A DNA stretch of 64,000 bases from Thermoanaerobaculia bacterium (lineage in GTDB: Bacteria > Acidobacteriota > Thermoanaerobaculia > UBA5066 > Gp7-AA6), in the NCBI GenBank assembly GCA_038229875.1, contig JBBROA010000001.1:65955-129954 (forward strand). The letters run 5' to 3'. Shown piece by piece: positions 54,093 through 61,252 of the stretch. A model generated the notes under the pieces. That model was not told the origin of the DNA, ran no database searches, and saw only the letters and a program-made list of their open reading frames with translations. Both the position numbers and the translations under genes were made by a program. The stretch's first letter is position 1; every line of letters begins with the position of its first letter.

Positions 54093-55462
54093 GCGCCGCG
54101 AACCGTCCGCTCGGGCGCCTCCTGGTGGTCGAGGACGATCCGATCCTCTTAGACCAGCTCACCTGGGCGCTCAAGGGGTCCTTCGACGTGATCTCGGCGT
54201 CGGACGCCGACGCGGGACGCGCTCTCTTCAATTCCGAGCTGGATCTCTTCCTCTTCGACCTGCGGCTCCCGCCGAGCGGCCGCGTCGAGGAGGGGTTCGC
54301 CCTGCTCCAGGAGGCGCGACGCCGAAATCCCGACGCGACGGTCGTCGTGATGTCGGGAGAGGCCGACCGGAGCGCGGCCCTGCACGCGATCGAGCTCGGC
54401 GCCTTCGACTTTTTCCGGAAGCCGCTCGACCCGGCGGAGGTGAAGATCATCCTGAAGCGGGCTCTCGAGCGCCGCCGCCTGGTCGTCGAGAATCAGGAGC
54501 TGCGCGAGCAGGCGCGGGACCAGAAATCGTTCGACCGCCTGATCGGCGAGAGCCCGGAAATGAAGCGGCTGTTCCGGGAGATCGAGCAGGTTGCACCGTC
54601 GGACGCGACCGTCATGATCCAGGGCGAGAGCGGCACCGGCAAGGAGCTCGTCGCCCACTCGATCCACGAGCGAAGCCCGAGAGCGGCCCGGGCGTTCGTC
54701 GCGATCAACGCCTCCGGTTTTCCAGACACGCTCGCGGAATCCGAGCTCTTCGGACACGAGCGGGGAGCCTTCACGGGCGCCGTCACGTCGCGGCCGGGCC
54801 GCTTCGAGCTCGCTCACGGCGGCACGCTGTTCTTAGACGAAATCGGGACCCTGTCCCCCGCGGTGCAGGCGAAGCTGCTCCGGGTGCTCGAAACGCGGGA
54901 GCTCGAGCGCGTCGGCGGGCGCCGCACCGTGCCGGTTGATTTCCGCCTGGTGACGGCGACCAACGAAGATCTCGAGGCTCGGGTGGCCTCCGGCGCGTTT
55001 CGCGAGGACCTTTTCTACAGGATCAACACGGTCCCCATCCGCATCCCCCCGCTGCGCGATCGGGGCAGGGACCTCCAACTCCTCGCAGAGCACTTTCTCG
55101 CGCGTTTCTCCGCCAAACACGGCCGCGGTCAGAAAACGCTTTCCCCGTCCGCGCTCGAAAAGCTCCAGCGTCACCCTTGGAAGGGAAACGTGCGGGAGCT
55201 CGAGCACGTGATCGAGATGCTGGTTCTTTTTTCCGAGTCGGACGCCATCGAGGAAGAAGACCTGCCTCGCGTCTTTCGGTCTGAGCCGGCGAGGCCCGGA
55301 AACGAGCCGTCGGTCCGGTTTTCCGACGCGGTCCGCGAGCACCAACGGCGGCTCCTCGCGGACGCGATCGAGCGCGCCGGCGGCGTGAAGGCGGAGGCGG
55401 CCCGACAGCTCGGACTCGACGCGAACCAGATCAAATACCTCTGCCGCAAGCACGGCCTCTGA
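54089..55462 (+). CDS. Sigma-54-dependent response regulator (NtrC family)
   Basis: GTGA overlap. Receiver domain (LLVVEDD..LFLFDLRLPP), GESGTGKE, ESELFGHERGAFTGAV, and a C-terminal HTH (..AARQLGLDANQIKYLCRKHGL). Confidence 0.9.
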   Translation: MSAANRPLGRLLVVEDDPILLDQLTWALKGSFDVISASDADAGRALFNSELDLFLFDLRLPPSGRVEEGFALLQEARRRNPDATVVVMSGEADRSAALHAIELGAFDFFRKPLDPAEVKIILKRALERRRLVVENQELREQARDQKSFDRLIGESPEMKRLFREIEQVAPSDATVMIQGESGTGKELVAHSIHERSPRAARAFVAINASGFPDTLAESELFGHERGAFTGAVTSRPGRFELAHGGTLFLDEIGTLSPAVQAKLLRVLETRELERVGGRRTVPVDFRLVTATNEDLEARVASGAFREDLFYRINTVPIRIPPLRDRGRDLQLLAEHFLARFSAKHGRGQKTLSPSALEKLQRHPWKGNVRELEHVIEMLVLFSESDAIEEEDLPRVFRSEPARPGNEPSVRFSDAVREHQRRLLADAIERAGGVKAEAARQLGLDANQIKYLCRKHGL

Positions 55463-55515
55463 GGTTGGGAACGGTTGACAAAACCATCCGAGGTTGAGAA
55501 ATTCACCCGACCGAG

Positions 55516-55546
55516 CTTGCTTGTCAAATAGCAAGTGCTTTTATTT
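55516..55546 (+). terminator. Hairpin plus T-rich tract after the regulator gene (weak terminator and/or activator binding palindrome)
   Basis: CTTGCT (55516-21) / AGCAAG (55530-35) with an 8-nt loop, followed by TGCTTTTATTT. TTGACAA (55475-81) and TTGTCAA (55521-27) are also inverted copies. The patch is unusually AT-rich. Confidence 0.4.
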
Positions 55547-55570
55547 CAATGTTTTAAGCCGCTGACGCGC

Positions 55571-55586
55571 TGGCCCCGACCTTGCG
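55571..55586 (+). promoter_or_regulatory. Sigma-54 (-24/-12) promoter for the pentapeptide-repeat gene
   Basis: TGGCCCCGACCTTGCG matches TGGCAC-N5-TTGC in register (GG 55572-73, GC 55584-85). AGGAGG at 55602-07 and ATG at 55614 follow at the expected distances. A sigma-54 activator gene lies immediately upstream. Confidence 0.75.
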
Positions 55587-55613
55587 ATGGAGAGAGGGAA
55601 AGAGGAGGCCACC

Positions 55614-56141
55614 ATGGCAAATGAAGTCAGGATCAAGCTCACAGACGCCCAGAAGGCGAAGATCAAGTCGGCGACCGGCAGGGAGATGAACGAGATCCGC
55701 CTCGGCAACCTGAGCAGCGGTCCTTCCGCGACGCCCGCCAAGAAAACGATGACTGCTCGCGCCCAGACCGCGCGCGCGCAGACCGCCCGGGCGGAAACGG
55801 CCCGCGCGCAGACCGCTCGCTCAGAGACGGCCCGCGCCCAGACCGCGCGCTCCGAAACGGCTCGCGCCCAGACCGCTCGTTCCGAGACCGCCCGCGCTCA
55901 GACGGCTCGCGCCGAGACCGCTCGTTCCCAGACCGCTCGCGCCGAGACCGCTCGCGCTCAGACGACCCGCGCGGAGACGGCCCGGTCACAGACTGCCCGC
56001 GCCGAGACCGCCCGCTCGCAGACCGCGCGCGCGCAGACCGCTCGGGCTGAGACGGCCCGCGCGCAGACGGCCAGGGCGGAGACCGCGCGCGCGCAGACTT
56101 CGAGGGCGCAGACCTCCCGCGCGGATTCCGAGAACCTGTAA
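55614..56141 (+). CDS. Pentapeptide tandem-repeat protein, (A-R-A/S-Q/E-T) x24, with 47-aa unique N-terminus
   Basis: MANEVRIKLTDAQKAKIKSATGREMNEIRLGNLSSGPSATPAKKTMT, then ARAQT ARAQT ARAET ARAQT ARSET .. SRAQT SRADSENL. Start taken at ATG 55614 (SD AGGAGG 6 nt upstream), because ATG 55587 lies inside the promoter. Confidence 0.75.
   Translation: MANEVRIKLTDAQKAKIKSATGREMNEIRLGNLSSGPSATPAKKTMTARAQTARAQTARAETARAQTARSETARAQTARSETARAQTARSETARAQTARAETARSQTARAETARAQTTRAETARSQTARAETARSQTARAQTARAETARAQTARAETARAQTSRAQTSRADSENL
55755..56114 (+). repeat. 24 tandem 15-bp coding repeats
   Basis: Units such as gctcgcgcccagacc / gcgcgcgcgcagacc / gcccgggcggaaacg. Many differences are synonymous (Ala gct/gcg/gcc, Arg cgc/cgg/cgt/agg), so the peptide is conserved more strongly than the DNA. 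Confidence 0.9.
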
Positions 56142-56147
56142 GACACG

Positions 56148-56191
56148 AGCCCCGCTCCTTTTCATGCCCCGCGCGAGCGGGGCTTTTTTAT
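56148..56191 (+). terminator. Rho-independent terminator of the repeat gene
   Basis: AGCCCCGCTC (56148-57) / GAGCGGGGCT (56175-84) form a 10-bp GC-rich stem, followed by TTTTTTATT. Confidence 0.8.
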
Positions 56192-56219
56192 TGCGGGAAG
56201 GGGCGAGGCTTCCGGACCC

Positions 56220-58427
56220 TCACCAAACCAGCGTGCGGACCCAGCGCGTCAAAACCACGAGGGCGCGGCCCGCATAGGAGGACCGGCGCGAATAGATCCG
56301 GGCCCGCACGACGGACCCGGGACGCAGACGGCCGTCCGCGTTGTCGAACATCGCGACCGCCACGAACCGCTCGGGTGTGCCGGAGGGAAGCGGTGGCTCC
56401 GCGAGCCCCGCCCCCGTCACGGGCTGATCGACGGTCGCCGCGGAGATGCTGACGATCTTTCCGATGACCGGCTCGAGCGGCCGCTGGGGGGACAACGCCT
56501 TCACGCGCGCGCCCTTCTCGAGAGAGTCGAGCAGCCTCTCGGAAACGGGCAGCTCGGCGATGAGACGCGTGCAGTCTCCGACCTCCGCGAGCACGGTCCC
56601 CGCCGCGACCATCCGGGCCGCGAGGTCCTGCACATCCGGCGTCAGAACCCTTCCGGCGATCGGAGAACGGACGTCGAGGCGTTCCTCGGTGGCGCGGGCG
56701 CCGCGCAGCCCTTCCTGCGAAGCGTCAGACCGCCGCTCCGCCTCGTACACCGCGCTCGCGCCTCCCCTCTCTCGGGCAAGGTTCGCGGCAAATCGCAGCC
56801 GCCCCGACTGCTCCGCAAAATGAGAGACGCGCGCCTGAGCCGCCATGTTTTTGAGTCGAAAGAGCTCGCGTCCCGCGGGCACGTTGTCGCCCTCTCGGAC
56901 CAGAACTTCCGCAACCGATGCGTCCTCGGGCGCCTGAAGACGCACGACCTTCGCGGGCCGCAGCACCGCTTCGGCGGAGATCGTTCGGCGGCTCCACGGC
57001 ACGAGAAGGACGAGCAGCAGGATGGCTCCGGCGATCGCTAGAGGCCGGCGGCTTCGGGAGGACATGAGGAACTCCTTCTTGTCCAGGTAAAAGAGCCGCG
57101 CCGTGCGGGTCACGAGACGGACCCGCTTGCGAAAGACTCGATAGAGGGTCAGGAGCAGAAGAACGACGGCGACCCCGGGGAAATACTTCGAATAGAAGTT
57201 GTAGAAGAGACCGGCGATGAATCGCATGATCACCGTCGTGTAAGCGAGCGCGAGCGTTCCATAGATCCAGTAGATCCGCCGCTTGCGGCGCGAGACCGCC
57301 GGCCGCGGGACCGGGAGTCTCAAGATCCGGCTCTGAAACTGCGCTCCGAGGTACTGGAACGCTTCCTCGCGAAGCTCCGGCATCTCGACAAGGCTCGTCA
57401 GCGCGTAATAGCCGTCGATCTTGATGAGCGGGTTGATATTGAAGAAGATCGTCGAGACCCCGGTGAAGAGCATCGTCTTGTAGGCGAGCTCGTGGAGGAG
57501 CGTGTCGGGGTACGACGCGACCCACATGGCCGTCGCGCCGGCGCAGATGAAGCCTTCCACGTAGATGCCGGCCGTCGTCGTCCAGAGGCGATGCCACTTG
57601 TTCTGGAACATGATCGCGTCGGTCGTGTCGCAGTAAAACGCCGGGGTGAAATAAAGGAGCGCCAGGCCGATGTCGTGGACCTCTCCTCCGTAAACTTTCG
57701 TCGCGAACGCGTGGCCGAATTCGTGAATGCCGCCGATCACGCACAGGATGATGAAGAATTGCAGCACGTCGATGAGCGGCTTGTGCAGAAACGCGTAGAG
57801 CTCGTACGTCCCGGTCCAGATCGGTGCCCAGTGAAGAACGAAGACTCCGATCGTCCAGGCGACGGCGATGATCCAGAGAACGACGACGGGCGGCGTCCAG
57901 AGCCACCGCACGTAGCGGACTGTGCGGTCCAGGAACCGGTCGGGGTCGAAGACGTGGAACTTCATGAAAAAGGGATTGAAGCCCTCGGCTTTCGCGTCGG
58001 CGGCGCGTTTGCGGTCCGTCCTCGAGCGGCTCAAGAGCAGGAGGCTGCGTTCGGCAGAGGAGCGCTCGAGAAGCTCGGTGTTGCGGAGCATTTCTTCGTA
58101 CTCGAGGGCAAAGACGGTGTCGATGCTCGCTCTGGGAAAAATTCGGTTGTATTCCGCGGCGATCTCCTCGGTCGTGCGGGTCCCGTCGAAGAGCTCGATG
58201 ATTCCCCATTCGGAGTCGCTGAACGTGTAGTACGCGTCGCGCTCCTGGTTCTTGACCACCCACGTCACCTCGCCCATCCGGACGACGCGGCGAATGACCA
58301 GCTGCTTCGCGAGCGCCGGACGGTCCGAAGCTTGCCCGTGCCGCGCGGCGAGGAGCTCGGCGCCTCTCTCCGGTGCGGTCGCCGAAAGGAGCGGGACCGC
58401 CGGTGAGCGCGCGCCCGGCGCGGTCAT
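56220..58427 (-). CDS. PqqD-like (RRE) domain - M50 site-2-protease-like membrane domain - HlyD adaptor fusion protein
   Basis: The N-terminal ..YYTFSDSEWGIIELFDGTRTTEEIAAEYNRIFPR.. parallels PqqD ..[31 protein letters not shown]. HExxH in GGIHEFGHAFA, second M50 motif FNINPLIKIDGYY, several TM helices, then a HlyD barrel-sandwich (..VAEVLVREGDNVPAGRELFRL.., ..VRSPIAGRVLTP..). Start ATG 58427 overlaps the upstream stop (ATGA). Confidence 0.8.
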   Translation of the reverse strand: MTAPGARSPAVPLLSATAPERGAELLAARHGQASDRPALAKQLVIRRVVRMGEVTWVVKNQERDAYYTFSDSEWGIIELFDGTRTTEEIAAEYNRIFPRASIDTVFALEYEEMLRNTELLERSSAERSLLLLSRSRTDRKRAADAKAEGFNPFFMKFHVFDPDRFLDRTVRYVRWLWTPPVVVLWIIAVAWTIGVFVLHWAPIWTGTYELYAFLHKPLIDVLQFFIILCVIGGIHEFGHAFATKVYGGEVHDIGLALLYFTPAFYCDTTDAIMFQNKWHRLWTTTAGIYVEGFICAGATAMWVASYPDTLLHELAYKTMLFTGVSTIFFNINPLIKIDGYYALTSLVEMPELREEAFQYLGAQFQSRILRLPVPRPAVSRRKRRIYWIYGTLALAYTTVIMRFIAGLFYNFYSKYFPGVAVVLLLLTLYRVFRKRVRLVTRTARLFYLDKKEFLMSSRSRRPLAIAGAILLLVLLVPWSRRTISAEAVLRPAKVVRLQAPEDASVAEVLVREGDNVPAGRELFRLKNMAAQARVSHFAEQSGRLRFAANLARERGGASAVYEAERRSDASQEGLRGARATEERLDVRSPIAGRVLTPDVQDLAARMVAAGTVLAEVGDCTRLIAELPVSERLLDSLEKGARVKALSPQRPLEPVIGKIVSISAATVDQPVTGAGLAEPPLPSGTPERFVAVAMFDNADGRLRPGSVVRARIYSRRSSYAGRALVVLTRWVRTLVW

Positions 58428-60832
58428 GGGAGCAGGGGCCAGAGCTTTGCGTAGAGCCATCGCGACGGCTTCCGCAGAAGCAACGTCGCAATCTTGCGGT
58501 CTCCGGCGCTGATCTTCGCGCGACCGAGCATCCCGGTCTTCAGAGAACCGTCGGGGTTCGGCAGGGTCAGTTCGGCCACCACGAAGCGTTCCTTCCCCTC
58601 TTCGCGGATACGCGCGCCGACGCGGGAGATCTCTCCGCGGAAGGTGCGGGTCGGATAAGGGTTCAGTTTGACGTCCACCCGCTGCCCCGCCTTCAACAGG
58701 GAGGAGTCCTCTTCCGGCACGGCGACCTCGACGGTCACCGAGCCCACGTCCGCGATCACGCAGAACTCGGCGCCGCGGGGAAGGTTCTGCCCGATGCGCT
58801 CCTCGAGGCGCGGTGTCACGATGACTCCGGCGGCGGGTGCCCGCAACCGCGTCGCATCGAACCGCTCCTGCTCCATGGCGATCCGGGCTTCGAGCTCGTC
58901 GACGCGGGACTGAGCGTCGAACAGGCCCCCGGCGTTTCCCGTCCCTCGCTGCGTCGCGACGTCTCTCGCCGCGATCGCATGAGCGGACTGTGCGTCCGCC
59001 AGCGCGGACCGGTAGCTCTCGTCGTTCACCGTCGCGATGACTTCTCCCTTCGGGACGACCTCACCCTCTCGGTGCATCACCGAGGCGACGATGCCCTCCG
59101 CTCCCGCCGTCACCACGCTGCGGCGGCCTGGCAGCACGCGTGCCGCTCCGCCGACCCGCAGCCGCCACGGGACCAGGAAGAGGATCGCCGCGAGCGCGAT
59201 CGCCCCCGCCGCCCACGCAAGCCGGCGCCGGCGCGGGATCGCCATCAGGCGGGTCCGGCGGGCGAGGAGGGGTTTCCAGAAGCCCGCGAGAGGGACCTGC
59301 TGGTAAAGCTGGGCGTTGCGAACCGCCACCGTCGCCTGGTTGACGAGTATCTGCAGGAGGTCGCGCGTTTCCGCGTCGAAGACGATCGGCTCCCGTGACT
59401 CGAAAGCGAGGACCCCGAGCTTTCCCTCCTCGTCCTTCAGGGTGACGGCATAGAACGCCTTGAGCCCCTGCTCGTTGAACAGCGTCCGGAACTTTTCTTC
59501 GGTCTCCGGCCGATCGGAGGTCAGGGTTCCGTCTTCGCGCTCGGTGACGTTGACGTCGGACCCCGAGAGGAACACCCACTGGAGGAACTCCTCGGTTCGC
59601 CGGATCTCCGGACTGCGCCGGTCGATTTCCGTGGTGCCCGACACCGCTCCGAGCCGCAGCCGTCCTCCCTGCTGGATCGCCATGGCGCAGCGGTCGTACC
59701 GGATGAGGGCGGCCGAGGCGTTGACGACGGTCTGCATCACGCGGTCGAGGTCGAGCGTGGCAGTGATCTCGCGGCTGACGGCGAGGAGCGCGTCGAGCTC
59801 TTCGACTTTCTTTTCGGCTTCGAATTGGCGCGCGTTGCGGAGGGCCCGCACTGCCTGCCGGGCGAGGTCTTCGAGAAGCTCCTGGTCTTCTTCCGAGAAA
59901 TCCGGAACCCGGCCGCGTTTGTTGACGAGAACGAGCGCGCCCAAGGGGACGTCCTGCTCGATGAGCGCGACCCCCAGGGCCGACCGCACGGGAAACTCCG
60001 GAGCCGACATCGGGTCGTCGGAGGAGATGCGATTCCGCCGGAGCGCCGCGCCTTCGGCGAGCAGGTCGCCCACCAGGCCGCCGCCGACTGAGGGCGGCGG
60101 ATTGACGACGTCGTAGCTCTCGTTGATGGCGGTGGCGGCGAGCTCGACCGAATCCGCGTGCGCGTCGAGCAGCCAGAGAGAACCGGCCTCCGCGCCGGCG
60201 AAGTCGACCGCCTTGCGGACGATGATTTCATTCAGCTCGGACCACTCGAGGGTCGATCCGAACGCTTTCGAAAGATCGTAGAGAGCGGTCAGGCGCTCGA
60301 TGGCCTGGCGCATGCCCGCGGTCTTCCGCTCGGACTTGACCGCGCGCCCGAGGGCCTTCGCCGCCTGCACGAGGAGCCCCTCCAGCCGTTCGGCCACGGT
60401 GTGCGCCTGCGGGGGCTCGGTGAAGAGAAGCGTCAGGATCGCGGGGACGGCGCCCTCCGCCTCCGCCGCGACGAACAGCACCCATTCGACGCCGGCGGGC
60501 GAGGCCGGCAGCCAGGCTGCGCCTCGCGATTCCATGTCCGCGCGGGACAGCAGGAGGGGAGCCCGGTCCCGGAGGAGCTCGCCGGCGATCGGGTCCTCAC
60601 GCGCGACGCTTCTCTTGAGGTTCGGCCGCGCACCTTCGCCCGTCCCGCCGGTGCACACGAAGAGCGGGTGCGTCGGGTCAGGCGTCCAGACGAGAACCGT
60701 AGGGGCTCCGCTGGCTCGAGACACCCAGCGCGCCGCCCATGACGAGGTCTGCGCCAGGTTTTCGCATTCCGCGAGCTCGGAAACCGCCGAGTCGATCGGC
60801 TTCCCGGCGGAGCTCCCCGGTTCTTCCGCCAT
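58424..60832 (-). CDS. Triple-GAF - TM - HlyD adaptor fusion protein
   Basis: Three GAF-like modules (..LTALYDLSKAFGSTLEWSELNEIIVRKAVDFAGAEAGSLWLLD.., ..LDALLAVSREITATLDLDRVMQTVVNASAALIRYDRCAM..), a TM helix (LAWAAGAIALAAILFLVPW), then HlyD (..GIVASVMHREGEVVPKGEVIATV.., ..LRAPAAGVIVTP..). Confidence 0.8.
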   Translation of the reverse strand: MAEEPGSSAGKPIDSAVSELAECENLAQTSSWAARWVSRASGAPTVLVWTPDPTHPLFVCTGGTGEGARPNLKRSVAREDPIAGELLRDRAPLLLSRADMESRGAAWLPASPAGVEWVLFVAAEAEGAVPAILTLLFTEPPQAHTVAERLEGLLVQAAKALGRAVKSERKTAGMRQAIERLTALYDLSKAFGSTLEWSELNEIIVRKAVDFAGAEAGSLWLLDAHADSVELAATAINESYDVVNPPPSVGGGLVGDLLAEGAALRRNRISSDDPMSAPEFPVRSALGVALIEQDVPLGALVLVNKRGRVPDFSEEDQELLEDLARQAVRALRNARQFEAEKKVEELDALLAVSREITATLDLDRVMQTVVNASAALIRYDRCAMAIQQGGRLRLGAVSGTTEIDRRSPEIRRTEEFLQWVFLSGSDVNVTEREDGTLTSDRPETEEKFRTLFNEQGLKAFYAVTLKDEEGKLGVLAFESREPIVFDAETRDLLQILVNQATVAVRNAQLYQQVPLAGFWKPLLARRTRLMAIPRRRRLAWAAGAIALAAILFLVPWRLRVGGAARVLPGRRSVVTAGAEGIVASVMHREGEVVPKGEVIATVNDESYRSALADAQSAHAIAARDVATQRGTGNAGGLFDAQSRVDELEARIAMEQERFDATRLRAPAAGVIVTPRLEERIGQNLPRGAEFCVIADVGSVTVEVAVPEEDSSLLKAGQRVDVKLNPYPTRTFRGEISRVGARIREEGKERFVVAELTLPNPDGSLKTGMLGRAKISAGDRKIATLLLRKPSRWLYAKLWPLLP

Positions 60833-60837
60833 TTTTC

Positions 60838-61173
60838 CTAGAAGCTCGCCGCCGCCGTCTCCAGGTTTTCGTAGATCTCGAATACGGAATCGAGCCGGGT
60901 CATCTCCAGCAGCTTCTTGACCTGCGGCTCGACGCCGACGAGCTTCGTCTGACCACCTTCGTTCTGCGACGTAGTCATCGCGCGAACGAGGGCGCCGAGT
61001 CCCGAGCTGTCGAGAAACCGGACGGCGGAGAGGTCGACGACGATCCTGGAGCGCCCCTGCTCGAGCAGGCGCGCAACGGTCTTCTTGAAGAGGGTCTCGG
61101 GTTCGCCGATCACGAGATCCCCGTCGACGATCAGGATCGTGACCGGCCCGTCTTCGCGTGTCGAGAGCTGCAT
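60838..61173 (-). CDS. STAS-domain protein (anti-sigma-factor antagonist family)
   Basis: ..[21 protein letters not shown].. 111 aa. Confidence 0.85.
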   Translation of the reverse strand: MQLSTREDGPVTILIVDGDLVIGEPETLFKKTVARLLEQGRSRIVVDLSAVRFLDSSGLGALVRAMTTSQNEGGQTKLVGVEPQVKKLLEMTRLDSVFEIYENLETAAASF

Positions 61174-61252
61174 GTTGGAGGGCGATTATGTCAAAAAGTC
61201 ACGCCGCGTCGAGTGCGTATCGGAGCCGTATACTCCAGCGCCGAACCGCCGC

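Noticed and set aside
55755-56114. Regular 15-bp repeat array that could be mistaken for a CRISPR or other non-coding array.
   Set aside because: The units are contiguous with no spacers and the period is far too short. The array is in frame within an ORF that has a promoter, SD and terminator, and the substitutions are mostly synonymous. It is a coding tandem repeat. Track ORFs 55663..55989(-) and 55958..56146(-) are mirror artefacts of it.
47762-61252. Calling the purQ-purL intervening block a mobile element or genomic island.
   Set aside because: I could find no integrase, transposase, recombinase, tRNA attachment site or terminal direct or inverted repeats. It is reported only as an accessory block in the findings.
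61174-61252. TTGACA and CATAAT hexamers upstream of the STAS gene, as a sigma-70 promoter.
   Set aside because: TTGACA lies only 15 nt from the ATG, and CATAAT has no acceptable -35 element at 16-18 bp. There is not enough support to annotate a promoter.
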